Positions 1-13,790 of a stretch of DNA of 64,000 nucleotides are shown here, piece after piece. The translations under genes and the position numbers were made by a program. The notes below the pieces were generated by a model. The model was not told the DNA's origin and did not search any database. It saw only the letters and a program-made list of their open reading frames with translations. How positions within the stretch are numbered: the first letter of the stretch is position 1; every line of letters begins with the position of its first letter. Source of the stretch: the human T2T-CHM13v2.0 reference genome, Homo sapiens; assembly GCF_009914755.1 (NCBI RefSeq), contig NC_060926.1; one strand, given 5' to 3'.

Positions 1-149
1 TGGCTCTTTAGCGGGCTCACATCTGTGAGGGTGATAAATATGAACCATGCTACAACCGCATGGTCAGGCTCCACCGCAGAGCACCAGGCAGGGGCCAGGC
101 ATTGTGGAGGCTGCGTTAAAAACTTTCTACACTTGACACTTGCACATGA

Positions 150-280
150 GTCCTGTGAGCTAAGTACTGCCAGCTCCGTGTAACCCATAAGGAAGTGCCT
201 CGCGGGTGAGGTGGCCCTGCCCAAGGTCACACAGCTGCAAGCAGGACTGGAACTCAGGCTGCGTGGTCCTGAATGCCCGG
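150..280 (-). mobile_element. MIR SINE fragment
   Basis: Core 'tgcccaaggtcacacagct...ggactggaactcaggc' is the reverse complement of the MIR core; boundaries approximate. Confidence 0.6.
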
Positions 281-532
281 GCTGTCCCAGCACCCGTACC
301 ACCTCTCCATGTCAGTATGGGGCTGCCGGCTGCCAGGCAGTCACTGGTCACCGAAGCACCCCTGAGGAAGGTGAGGAAGAGCCCGCGCCAAGAGGGTGCT
401 CAGGCCCAGCCCCAGGAGAACCTACCTGGGAGCCTGGAGGGGACCAGGCACCCTGGGCTATGGGAGCAAATGGCAGGAGTGCTGAATAGCTCCCCCTTCA
501 GGAAGACAAAAGCTCCAGAAGTAGGCTGGCTG

Positions 533-841
533 GGTTCTTGGCATTTTGAACAAAGAATTGGACAAAATGCACAAACAAAGCAAGGAAAGAATGAAGCATC
601 AAAAACTTATTGAAAATGAAAATACCCTCCACAGGGTGGGAACGGGCCCAAGCAAGGGCTCAAGGGCCCCGTTACAGAATTTTCTGGGGTTTAAATACCC
701 TCTAGAGGTTTCCACTGGTTACTCACTGTATGCCCCATGTAAATGGAGAGGATATTTCATGTCACAGCTGAAGTGTCTCCGTTTGATTTCGTTCTAGGAA
801 GTCCTTAGTTCCCTGCCTCCAGGCCCTATTCTCCTGCCTCA
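533..841 (-). mobile_element. MER51-type ERV1 LTR
   Basis: Reverse complement begins TGAGGCAGGAGAATAGGGCCTGGAGGCAGGGAACTAAGGACTTCCTAGAAC, the recalled MER51 5' end; also 'gttcttggcattttgaacaaagaattggacaaaatgcac'. Confidence 0.8.
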
Positions 842-1871
842 CAGCCACCATCTGCTGTGGCCCAGTGGGGAGCTGCCTGCTGGGGGCTGCCGCCCTCACC
901 CTGGTGACTCCAGGCTGGGCTGCCACTCTGCTACCGTGCTCTGCAGAGCCTCCATGAACTCCCACTCTCCCTGGCTCATTACTCACGGATTTTTCTGCTA
1001 AGCCCCAGAGCCCTCTTTTGAGAAATTGTGCACCGTGTGAGCCCTGGAGGCAGCCCCAGCCCCTCTTGAGAAGCTTGGGGCCATGATGATGTCCGCAGCT
1101 CCTGGGCAGCCGGACTGCAGGGCATGAAGACCCTGCCACAGTCCTGCTGCCTGCAGCACTGGCCCAGTCAAGGAGCAGCTGCCACAACCACACTAGCACC
1201 CCCCATCCCCCCAGAGCAGCTGCAAAGAGAACACAAATGCAGCAGCAGCCAAGGGCTGGGGGTGGGAACACTTACAAAAGGCAGAGAGGGTGGTGGGGAG
1301 CACCAGAAACCCCCAGCAAACCCATGATTTTGCTGAGGGAGTGGGTGCACGTGCTGGCCTCCCTTAGTCCAAAGCCTGTGCTCTGAATTCAGACCAGAGG
1401 TGAGGCCCACAGCCCCACCAGGTGCCACTGACACCTTGGCTTCTGGGGACCTGACCAAGGAGGCAAAGGGCACATCCACCCAGGGAGGGTCGTGCTTCCT
1501 GTGCTCACAGAGGCCCCTCACCCCTGCAGCCGCACCCAGGACGCATGGTGTGAGGCCAGGCTTGGAGGCAGCTCTGGAAGGAGCCGGGGCCTCTGTGTGC
1601 TGGAGGAGTGGTGGCTGGTCTCTTGTTTTGTTTTCTTGGGCCCAGGTGTTCCTACCCTCCCTTCACCTTCTCCTTTTTCAAGGTGCTTCCCAGGTTTCCA
1701 GAGCCCTCACGCGGCCCCTGGAGGCCTGCAATCCTGATGGGTTCACCCCACCCTTTCTGAGCCTTCCCCTCCAGATGCAGGTGCCACACCTACCAAAACA
1801 CTTCTCTGAGGAAGCCCCATTGTTTCCCTAGGGACGCCCTCACCGCACGTGGCACGTGATGACTGCCCAGC

Positions 1872-2428
1872 AGTAGGTGCCAGGAGAAAACCTCCCCTTT
1901 GCCCTCTGAGGGTTTGCTGGAAAATCAACTCACAAAAGGCAGATTAATTGGAGAAAAGGCATACAAATGTATTCACACGCGCACAGGAAGAACCACAGGC
2001 GGACTTCCCACCCCCGGATGGAGTGCAAGGGCTTATGCACCACCTCAAGGTTACAGAAAAGTTGCCGGCTCAGAGTACAGCCAGGACCAAGAGATGGTGG
2101 TAAGACATGGCCAGAGGGCAGAGGGAGGGAGGGAGGGCGCCTGCTGGCAAAGGCCTTGTTGCGTAGATGAAGCCTCACAGGTGGCAGCCTTTGGAGAGAA
2201 TAGAAGGTAGATGTTTCTTTCAGGCCTTTAAAGGTGGCAGGCTCTCGGTTAATCTCCCTGCATCTACACAAGGAAAGGCCTGGCTGCATCCACGCGGATT
2301 CTCTACAGACTTAATTTTCCCCACAAAAGACAGCTTTGCAGCCACTGCTGTTGGCTGGCTCCCTGACAGCCACCTCAAAATATGCCAAAGAAATATATTT
2401 TCGGATAAAATATTTTTATTTACTTCAC
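1872..2428 (-). mobile_element. ERV1 solo LTR, MER4 group (MER39/MER34-like)
   Basis: 'aaatcaactcacaaaaggcagattaattggagaaaaggcatacaaat' and terminal 'aaaatatgccaaagaaatatattttcggataaaatattttt...ttcaca' are typical of MER4-group LTRs; subfamily uncertain. Confidence 0.7.
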
Positions 2429-5400
2429 AGGTGTCTTCACCAAACTTTCCTGGACCCCCATCACTCACAGGAGGGCGTTCCAATCAGCCTGCCTGGCAGG
2501 CAGGGCTTTCCGCTGCCCCGACCCTGGGTGCCCCCTCCCCATTCTGGGCTGCAGGGAACTCTGGGAGGAAGCTGTTCCCGCCACGCGTCCGCAGGAGCCT
2601 CCTCTCCATCAGTGCTGCCCCTCCTCCAAGGGCCTGCTCAGACGCCAGGCTCCAGGAACACTCGCGGTCTCTCCCCGGCCTCCTCTCCTCTCCATCCAGA
2701 GCCCTCTGTTCTCACCCCGTTCCAGGTGGATCCCAGCATGGCAGGCCGCAGTCAAAACCTCCAAACACGACAACGACTCCGAGGCACCGCACCTCCCGCT
2801 GAGAAATGATGACTTGACTGAACATTGAATAGGGCTGGGCAGCCACACGGCAAAAACAGAAGGAACAGAACCCCCAGGCTATTGCTCCTTTTCTATCCTT
2901 TCCCCATATCCATTCCCCACTGCCACCCTTCCCATCTTGCCTCCTTCTCTTTCCCAAGCTATAACCCCCCATTCCCTCAGCTCTGGCCCCCGGCAGTCCC
3001 ACTCCTTATCCGGCAAACAAGACACCACCCACCGCCCCTCAAGTGGCCCCGTGGAGCGGCACCAAGGTGCATAGGCACACTGCCCGCACCACGCAACCGC
3101 ATCGCTCCATCATAAGAGCCCAGAGAGGGTTTGGGTGGAGACTGCACGCCCCACCCCTATCGAATATTATTGGTCCCCGAGTTTGCTCATCAAGGGAGAG
3201 AAATGCGGTATTCATCAACAATGCAGTCTCTCTCATGGGAGCAAGTTTTGAAAAGAAAATAAGATTTCTGTCCAAATCATCACATGTAAGAAGTGTGTAT
3301 TGGTCAGGGTCCCTGCAGGGTAGTGAGCTCAACCCAAGCAGGGGTTTCCCTTCTCCCGTATACCCCAGCTCAGCCTGCAGAGCTTGGTCCTGAGTGTCTC
3401 TGCACCACAGTGCCACGTGTGAGATCAGGACAGAGGCAGACCCTGCTCAGTGGTGGGGGCGCTCTCCCCGGCCACCACTGCCGCTGTCATTATCATCCTC
3501 ACCACTGCTGTTCCCGGTGCACAATAAATATGCCCTGAACTAAATGAACTGCAGGTCAGTTTGTGGGCACTGGCTAACCTGGTGACTTGAATGCAGGAAG
3601 GAATGTCATCATCCTGGAGATTCCATATTCATGCACTGGGGTGGTGCTTGTTCTGCCAATAGACCAGTGGGCCATGAAGACAGGACAGATGAGTCATGTC
3701 TTCTGGGAAAGCTAACCCTGAGCTTTCATCTATGCAAAGACTTGCCTTAGGGACCAGCAGATGCAGTGCACCCTGGGGACACAGTTTGAACTCCAGCCTC
3801 CCGGGCACTAGAAGCTGGCAAGCTGGGGAGGTGAGGGGTCACAGGAGGGACTGGCCCCTGGCCATGCAGTAGGCTGACACCATAGGCCCTAGAGTGGTTC
3901 TCGGAGGAACATGAATAAAGATAAAGCCCACAGACCATCGCCTCCATGACAAGCCTGCAACGCTTGTCACACACATCTCTTTTTATCCTCCTCATCCCCA
4001 ATCTCTGGTGTGAAAGGCCTCCCATGGCATACTTCTTTTAGTCTAGAGGGTGCCTGGGGAGGATGACAGGTGGCAAGATCTAAGAATACCATCATCTGCC
4101 TTCTAAAATGCAATGGAAACAGCCCCAGCAGGGAACGTTTGTGCTGAAATATTATTATTATCAATTACGTTGACACTTTCCACAGTACAATTCTTTGTGG
4201 TATTTCCAAACATGTCAGCATCTGCTCTTTTGTTTGGCTCTCCCCAGATGCCTTAGGAAGAGAAGGGCTGTGACCTCACCCCTGGTAGGGGAGGGGTTGG
4301 AGGTGGACTCCAGAGGCTGGCCCAAGGCCACACAGAGGGAGTGAGCTCTATAGACCAAGTCCTCTTGGTGCCAGAGGACGTGTGGCAGAGCCTGAGGACC
4401 AGGGAGTAAGAGGGCAAGAAAAGCGGAACTGACGGGGCCAGCCCCAGGCATCCCATGCTTTGGTGACTGCCGTTCACCGTGAGGAGCTATAGCCTGGCTC
4501 CCGCAGAAAGGCGGCCTCTCTGCTCCTTGCACCCTCACCACTGCCTGTCTGGGGCTGGGATCACAGGCTTGTGTGTTGTGATCTCTGAGTGTCTGTGACA
4601 GCTCATGAGCAGGTAAAAGCATGCCCCAGGAGCTTTAAAGACATTCATGTCACTTAACCCAGTCACATTTCTGGAAACATATCCATGGCATAGCTGAAAG
4701 AGGGCAGCCTTAAACTTCAGAGGTGCCAGGGTTCAAATCCTGACCCCATCATTTACCCTTCAAGTCTCCTGGAAAAATGCAGCTGTCTCCTCTCACCTCC
4801 TGCTCCTTTGTCTATGAAATGGGCGGCATAGTTCAGTGGCCTGTGCTGAACCACAACAGCCCCTCCATGAATAGTGACCAGTGTTATCAATGCAAAAAGG
4901 CCAGAGTCACAAAGATGCTTGCCAGAGATGCGCCTAAAGAGCAGAAAAATTAGCAACAATCATACCATCCAAAAAATAGGGAAAGCTTCTTCCAAATATT
5001 TAAGAGTTTAACAGAGAGTATTTTTTGTTTTTGTTTTTTTCTTAGAAAGAAAAATTTAGTAGGGACTTAGGAACAGAAGCCACGTGTGTGTCTCACGCAT
5101 TGGCGAGACAACATGGTGGGCCCCCCGCCATAAGAGAATCTTTAGCGTCACTGCCCCAGCGGTGGTGTGTCTCAAAGCCTGAGCAGCCTGTCCTGCTGAA
5201 GGTCACCCAGCTCCCTGAATTCCGATGAGAAAGGATGGGAGGACACGAACAGCCACAGTGGCCAGAGGTGCAGGGGACCCTGGAAACCACCACACAGACT
5301 GCAAAAATTCATAAATGAAGAGATCTAAGCCCCAGACAGAGACACAACCCATGACACCTTGTGGGCCCCATTGGTAAGTTCCTGACTCCAAGACTCTTCC

Positions 5401-6558
5401 AGAGTCTCTGCCATCAGGCCGGAGCTTAACAACATATCACTTTTAAAGCATGACTTTCACTTAGGTTCACAGATGGTTCTTCTAGGATATATTTTCTTCA
5501 TTATGATTCCAAGTGTTTGCGAAGTTACAAAATGTAAAGTGATAGTTATCGATAGGCTGTTCAGCAGAAGCACATCACACATGACAAAATGATCCCAGGT
5601 TTATATCATTGTCCTCAGGTGCTTCAGATACAAAAGCATTTAATTCCAATAATGGTTTGATCTTCTTGTCAATCTATGGAATCAGCATCCAACTTTTGTA
5701 CATTCATTTTGTCAGTGGTGAGGCATTTCACATTAGTAGGACTGCCTTTACAAATGCAGCATAAAAGTCCAACACTGAAGATAAAATGATTGTTTTGCAA
5801 TGATGGCATGAATACAAATTGTGTTGGAGCACAGTACGTGTTAAAAACAATATTCCTACTAAATTTAAAAAATGTGTTTGACAGAAGATATTTGCAATAG
5901 ATTGTGATGTAACTGATAATTGCATTCAAGCAAGCTGCACTATTCCATTCAAATAGAAATTACAGTTTTCACATGTTTAAATACTTTTATTTGTACATAG
6001 AGAAACTGAACTTCAAAATGTTTATAGCAACACTGATGTGGAACCCGCACAAAAAATTACCAGTGTAGTCCAGAGTTTCTCTCTTTGCTGTCATCAAGCT
6101 AATGTTAGAAATATTTGAGACTTCAAAGATCCAGTACACCCACCTAAAGAGCTAACAATCGTATTGGACCCTTTTGTAAATGAGTCCCTGAAATACTAAT
6201 TGCATTTAGATCAACCATAGTTGAAAATCATTAAAGTATTCAACCAAAGAAACACAAAAACACTGTGTTTGAAGATTTATCAAAATGTAATTGTTGAAAA
6301 TAAACGGGAAGCCCTTGAAATTTATCCACCTCAAAAGTAAGCTGAACAAATTAAACAATGAAAGCTCAAACTGTGCATAAGGTTTTATTCTGAAATTGTA
6401 TAATGTTTTGGAAGATCTCAACTGATAGAGGTATAGTATTAATTGCATAAATTTCTATTCTAAACAAGAATGAAATAAAATTGAGAAGTTCCATGATTTT
6501 GCAACACCTAAATTTAGCAAACCCTTTCAAAGAATCATAAATAGAGACAACATATTTA

Positions 6559-6726
<168 letters not shown>

Positions 6727-6741
6727 TCAAAAAAGCACCTT

Positions 6742-6846
6742 AGCAAACCACCATGGCACACATTTACCTATGTAACAAACCTGCACATTCTGCACGTGTA
6801 TCCAGGAACCTAAAATAAAATAGAATTTTTTGAAAAAGAAAAAAAA
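6742..6846 (+). mobile_element. L1PA 3' end fragment
   Basis: 'agcaaaccaccatggcacacatttacctatgtaacaaacctgcacattctgcacgtgtatcc' plus A-rich tail; flanked by AAAAAGCA on both sides. Confidence 0.85.
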
Positions 6847-8785
6847 GCAAGGCCATAAGACAATTCCTAATTCCTATTGACATATTTGGGCTGACATAGT
6901 TTTGCCAGAAATTAAAAGTTATAATATCCTGCATGATGTATTAACCTTACTGGGTACCTTAGTACCTGTAGAGATAATTTCCTCAATGTAAACATTATAT
7001 TCTACAGGAAGCATCTATGGAAAGCAACTTCAGTTTTATTTTCCATAAAACACAATTCTGAAAAAACAAATATGCGACTTTTGTGGGAAGAAGACGTCTG
7101 CATTAAAAAAAGTATATTTTTTAGAAAAATACCAGGATCATAGTATTAGAAAAAGAAATAGCTAAAAATCAAATTAACAGTGACAAAATTTTAAGTCAAA
7201 TCTATGATAGATTAAGTCAAGCAATAATTAATAACAGTTAATGTTTCATAAAAAAGTGTTTTGAAAGAATGTATTTTGCTATTTTATTTATTTTGTCATA
7301 TTTAGACTAGAATTGCATGTTTACACAACTATTATACAGCGCATCCGCTCATTTATACTGTTGTTTTAAGATGCTGCTTGTGCAATATGCATAATTGTAC
7401 TGCACGTTAGGCCACCTGAGGCACCTACTAACCACACCCCGCATAAACCTATCCCTAGTTTTTAAATGATGCCGTTGCTCTCCCAATAACAATGGCTTAG
7501 TTGGTGACTCAATGCCTAGAAGGAGCACTAGAACACTTCTATTTGCTTCCTACTCACTGAGTGTGTACTTCCCACTCACTAAGTGTCAGGAAGGACATAA
7601 ATAACCTGACAAACCTTAGATCCCAGTTACTGTCACCCTCCAACTTATCAACAAGGGAAACGAGATCCAGAAGGCTTAAGGTCCATGCAGGTCCACATAT
7701 GCAGAAGAGGGGGTCCATCTACCACAACTGTGAGACTTCCGCTGTGTTGTACCCACCCCAAAACAACAGGCATCACAAAGCACCTACAGCCTGGACTGCT
7801 GATGTTGTACAACAGCTCACACCAACAGAGATTGTCTCTGGATATGAAGGTCAAGGGTGATCTTAAAAACTCTCTTGCTCCGACTTTTCTTTATTTTGGG
7901 GAGTATCTATAATGAATGCCTATGACTTTTATAATAGAAAATGTATGTTTTAATTTGTAAAAGGCCAGGAAAGTTAATACGGTAGCAATGTGCAGAATAG
8001 ACAAAAGGCAGAAACTAAAGACAGAAAACTCAATTTGCCAGAATAGGAAATAGTCAAAGCGCAATTTCAACCTATATAGAAGTGGTGAAACCACTTGTCT
8101 TCAAAAAAGTAAACAAGCAATATTCAAGAGGATTTCCTAAACTACCTTTTCAAATATAATTTTTTTATTAATTGGTATTAGAAAACCAATCATCACAGAT
8201 TGATGCACCAAGTTATCAGAAAGAGGAGTCCCATTACCCTGATACTTAGCTGTCTCTCCACATCCTGAGAACCAGGGAGCAGACTAACCCGTCAAGCCCC
8301 ACAGATCTGGTGGGGATAGTAAAATGGCAGACAGGGTCTCCATCTTAAAGGTCTATTAGAAATCAAAACAAGCATCTTTAAAATCATAAGAGGTGCTCAT
8401 GGGAAATGGGTTTGAGTGTCAAAGTTGGCTAACACGTGGTTTCTGCAGGAGTCCCTCTGCGTTAGAAATTAAGGCAGACAAGCACGTGGCTGCCTGGAAC
8501 CACTGGAGGAGGCCATCAGCCCACGATGGCCTAAAGCTCCACGTCAAGTGAACAAGAAGAAAGACTGTCCAGAAAGAGGGAGCGGCACAGGCAGAGGCAT
8601 GGAGAGTGAGCAGGTGAGGCTCCCTCAGGGAGCAGCAGGGAACTGAGCAGGACTGGGTGTAGAGCAAGGGCAGTGGGGAAGGAAAGGTCTTGGCGAGAGG
8701 GTTGTGGAAGGAAAGACACCCAGAGGAGATGGGGCAGGAGCAGATCCAAAGGGGCCTCCCACAGTCTGGTGTGCAGGTTAAGTGG

Positions 8786-8859
8786 GTGTGTGTGTAGGTG
8801 TATGTGTGAGTGTGTGCATGTGAGTGTATGTGTGTGAGTGCGTGCATGTGCACATACAC
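8786..8859. repeat. Imperfect (TG)n microsatellite
   Basis: gtgtgtgtgtaggtgtatgtgtgagtgtgtgcatgtgagtg... Confidence 0.8.
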
Positions 8860-9989
8860 TAGTTTCTATCCTATACTTTCCTGTCTAACCCCCTCTCATC
8901 CCCCAAGCCAGGATCCCAAGGAAGGCCCAGATCTGATGGCTGAATGTGCTCAATTCCAAGGGCATTTGACCAATGTCCTGCGGTAACCAATGAAGCATCC
9001 CAGCTCACCTGCAGCCACGCTGCACACGATAGGCTGGTCCAGGATGAGGGATGCCAAGGGGCTCACCCAACTCAGAAGCACCCCCAAAGTTCCCTGCCAG
9101 CCACCTGTTTTTCCAGTTAGAAACACTCCCTCTCTTCAGCCGCACCCTGCCCCGGGCCCCAGCAGGTACTCATAACCAAACAATTGCCCCAAGTGAAGCC
9201 GTCAAGGCCTTTGAATTCCACAAATCTGCAGCTGACAAGAGCAACCCTGGCTTCCTGTTGGGGTCAGCCCGGTGTGGGGAAGAAGGATAGGGATAATGGG
9301 GTGGGCTACATCCCCCTCCCAGTAGCCACAGCTCCTGCCAGGAAGCCCTCTCCACACCAGTTCCTTTCCAGGTTCTGGAAACCTCGCCCTCTCCACCCCT
9401 TTAAACCTGGGAACAGTGAAGCTCCCTGCAACTGCCAGCCCCAGGACACAGTCTTATTCTCTGAAAGCTTCCCTGGTTAGGTTGTTGCAAAGAATCCCTC
9501 CGTTGTAAACTTGCTGCAAACTCCTGGTTTGGAGTGAACCATCTGCCTCCCGCTGGGACTCTGATGCCTCCTGGGAGGTGCTGGTTATCACCAAGAGCCT
9601 CACTGTTCCTACAACTGACTGCACAATGGAGAGTGTCAGCAAACTGTTCTCTGAGGAGCTTGGCTGCAGCATAAACACGGCACTCCTTAGAGACACGGTC
9701 CACTCGCTTCAGCTCCTCCCTACTCGGTGACAGATTGCACCTGCCGCAGTCGAGTGTTAGGGCATTCTAACTCACACCCACACCTTTTACTGACCCCAGA
9801 CTAACCGGCCCTTTTAAGGGAAGCAATGAACCTCCCATGAAACCATCACTTCCACACCTCCTTCCTGGACTTATTGCTATCACATTTATGTCCTGTTACT
9901 GATTTTTTTAAATCTTTGTTTCACTTGTAAGATATCAAATGTTCTCTGGACAGCAACTGTAACTATCAAGAAGAGAGAAGCAAGAAAGG

Positions 9990-11545
9990 TGTAGGTACAC
10001 TGACCAATGGAACAGGAATAAACAGCCCAGAAATAAACCCATGCATCTCCATTCTATTGATTTTGACAAAAATGCCAAGAATATACATTGGGGAACTAAC
10101 AGGCATTTCCATAAAGGTGCTGGGAAAACTAGATATCCACATATAAAAGAATACAATTGGATGCTTATCTCACACCATGTGCAAAAAATCAACTCAAAGT
10201 TGACTAAAGACTTAAATGAGAGACCCAAAACTGTAAAGCTACTAGAAGAAAACATGGGGGAAAACTACACAACATTGGTCTGGGCAATAACTTTTTTTTG
10301 ATTTGACCCCAAAAGTAGGCAACAAAAGAAAAAATAGACAAACTAAAAAGCTTCTACACAGCAAAGAAAATAATTAATAGTGTGAAGAGGCAACCTACAG
10401 ACTGGGAGAAAATATCTACAAATCCTAGAGCAGATAAGGGCCCATATCTAAAATGCATCAGAAACTCAATAACGAGAAAACAAATAACCCTATTTAAAAA
10501 TAGGCAAAAGACCTAAATAGGCATTTCTCAAAAGAAGACTTACAAAGGGCCAACAGATACATGAAAAAAAATGCTCAACATCACTAATCATCAGGAAAAT
10601 GCAAACTTAAACCATGAGATATCACCTGTTAGAATGGTTCTTAACAAAAAGATAAAAGATAATACATGCTGGCAAGGATGTGGAGAAAAGGGAACGCTTG
10701 TATGCTGTCTGTGGGAACGTAAGTTAGTACAGCCATCTTGAAGAATAGTATGGTGGTTCCTCAAAAAACTAAAAAGCAAGCTGTCCTATGATCCAGCAAT
10801 CCCACTTCTGAGAATACATCCAAAAGACTTGAAATCAGTATGTCAGAGATGGCTGCATTCCCACGTTCCCTGCAGCACCATTCACACTAGCGACGATATG
10901 GAATCAACTTAAGTGTCCATCAATGGAAGAGTGGATTTTTTAAATGTGGTGTATATACACAACACAATATTATTCAGCCTTAAAGAGAAGGAAATCCTGT
11001 CATTTGTAATGTGAATGAACCTGGAGAACATTACGTTTGGTGAAATAAGCCAGGTACAGAAAGATAAACATCTCATGATCTCATTTATATGTGGAATCCA
11101 AAAAAGTGGAACTAAGAGCAGTTGAGAGTAGAATGGTGGTTCCCAGGGGCTGGGAAGGCAGAGGGGACTGTTAGTCAAAGGGTGTAGAGTTTCAGTTGGA
11201 AAGGAGGAATAAGTTCTGGTGATCTATTGCACTGCAGGGTGGCTATAGTTAATAATAGAACATTGTATATTTCAAAGTTACCAAATGAGTAGATTTTAAA
11301 TGTTCTCACCACAAAGAAATGATAAGTATGTAAGGTGATATTGCACTCCAGCCTGGGCAACAAGAGCAAAACTCCGTCTCAAAACGAAACAAAAAAAAAA
11401 AAAGAAGTATGTAAGGTAATGAGTATTGTTAATCAGCCTGATTTGCTAATTCTGCAATGTATACATGTATTGAAAAATCACATTTTGCCCTATAAGTATA
11501 TACAATTATTATTTGTCAACTAAAAATAAAAATTAAATTAAAAAG
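9990..11545 (+). mobile_element. L1MA-type LINE-1, 3' part of ORF2 plus 3' UTR
   Basis: 'gaccaatggaacag..cccagaaataaaccca', 'tttgacaaaaatgccaaga', 'gatccagcaatcccacttctg', 3' UTR 'agattttaaatgttctcaccacaa', A-rich tail. Confidence 0.9.
11340..11404 (+). mobile_element. Very short Alu 3' fragment inserted in the L1
   Basis: attgcactccagcctgggcaacaagagcaaaactccgtctc plus A tail; TSD AAGTATGTAAGGT(G/A)AT at 11324-11339 and 11405-11420. Confidence 0.9.
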
Positions 11546-13214
11546 AAGGAAACAAGGATTAGAAAGGGAATCTTATAAACTGAAATTGAATCATGGATAA
11601 CTGCAATGCAGAGGAAATGCTCTCACAATTTTATTGGGGCACAAAGTTAAAGGCTAGAGAGAAGAAATGATCACAGGGTTGAGTTTGGAGGGAGAGATAA
11701 AAATGACCAGTTTCCCACAAGTTATAGGAGGCTAACATAATGGGAACATTTGCTACATTTCTTTTCCTGTAAGCTGGACACTGTGAAATGTAGCCTGTGG
11801 ACTCAATTTTGCCCACAAATGGGTTTTATTTAACCTGGAAGAGAATTCTTTCAGTGACTTTGGGCAGAGCGTGTACTTATCAGTTTGCCACAGTCAACAC
11901 TACTCCTTATTGCCTTACAGCAGGTACATCACTGATTTATATGACTTGCCTGGCCCTGTGGTTATCTGAGCAGGTGACTCTTATATATAAAGTCATCAGC
12001 AAGAATGCGCAGCATGTTCCTTCCCTGCTCAGGTAACCACACAAAATCAAGATGCTATTTGTCTATCGTCAAATTGGGAGACGTGGTATTCCTAAGGCCA
12101 CAGCTTGTGAAAGAAAGGAGCTAGTCTGTGAGAGGGATGGCTTGGGGAACTGAAAGTGAACGCTGGAGTCCAGCATATGGAAAAAGATGGGCTTAAGGCT
12201 TTGGGAGGGCATGTGATATCAGGAGCCTGGAGCCGGCCCCTCCACAGGGCAGGGCTCGGTGGTCAGAGCTTACCAGCTGCTAGTGGGCACGTCACCTTGG
12301 ACAGTGCCAATGTCAGTAGCAGATAGAGGCCCTTCCATAGATATCCTGGTCTGCATAACCTCTGCAGGACCCTTGAAAAACCCTAGCAGTGATAACTTGA
12401 ACCCCATCTTAAATATGACCACACTGAATTTTTTAGCAATTCATTTGGAGCCAGATTAAATTTGATTCCAACACATGAAGGAACACACTGGTGCACACAG
12501 CCTAGTGGTAGGACACATGTGCACCTGTTCCATGGCCCTTGATAAACGCATGTGGCTAGGGGGTGGGCTGACAGGTGTGTTTCTAGAAGAGTGAATGGAC
12601 AAATGTCCCGTGTGGAGGTCCAACCAGTGCAGCCAGTACTCCGGCCCTTCCCTGCTGACAGGTCTGTCCTCCTGGTGGGCTGGGTCCAGCCATCCTGACT
12701 GCCAAGCATTTAGCACATCTCCCTGGGTGTAAGCCGAGAATAGGAGGTGAACTAACAAGGCCCTGGACTGCTCCACCAGCCACAGAAGAGGGGTGCATAG
12801 TAGATACGGCTAGAGCACACCCCCACACAGCAGAGGGATTGTTAACGTATGGCTCACCTGGAGCATGTTTTCCTCCAGCCACAAGCAAATCATTAAACAT
12901 GTCTTCTCCACCTCCAAATAGGAGGTGATGGGCATGAATGAAACAGGTAACAGGACATGGTGTAGGCATTTTGCAGAGCAAACCTTAAGGCAACATAAGC
13001 CCCTTTCTATTTCAGCATTTTCTCCATCTTCACATTAGAATAAGCTATCACTGGAGCCTTAGAATGACAGCTGGCAGGGACTCAGTGCTTACTGCATGAG
13101 TGGGGAGCAACTGCAAAGAGAGAGGTGGGGACTTGTGCATGAGGAGGAAGCATGTGCTTTGTCACCGATGCCCGGGCCAGGCATGGCATTGCCACAGGGA
13201 GAATGACACTGAGG

Positions 13215-13480
13215 GTGTGCATGTGTGTGTGTGTTATATGACATATACTATGCATGTGTGTATATATGCACGATCTATGTGTATGAATGTGCTGTATGCA
13301 ATATCTATACACATGTATCATATATATGCTTATATATACACACATACATCATATATGACACATTCATACACACATACATATCTGCATATATATATACACA
13401 TGTATATATTAAATATCTCACACATATGGATGAGCCAGGAGCAACTGCAAACTGAGAGGTGGAAACATATATATGTGTAA
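13215..13480. repeat. (TG/TA/CA) low-complexity repeat
   Basis: TG/TATG-rich first half and CA/CATA-rich second half. Confidence 0.85.
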
Positions 13481-13790
13481 GTTGATTCTGTAGTAAACCA
13501 TATATAGTTCTTTTTCATGGGGTGGCTTCAATTATTCTCATATAACCACTCTGTTTCTTCCCTAAGTCCTGCACTGAAGGGCCCCTCTGGCTGGGGACGG
13601 GGATGGCTGCCTAGGCTTGCCTTTCTGGGGTGAGGTGGGCGGGAGCCGTCTCCACAGCGGGGCCTGTCACGCACAGGGGCCCAGGCACACCTCCTCTGTA
13701 CCGGCAGACCCCGCCCACGTGGACACCCCACTCCCAGGGCAGGCCCAGCGGCCCCACCCCCGCAGCAGCTGGTCCCCTCAGGGCCACACC

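Noticed and set aside
5046-5373. Possible exon between a polypyrimidine-AG acceptor and a TTG|GTAAGT donor
   Set aside because: No open frame or partner exons; such sites occur by chance, and the donor abuts the transposon fossil.
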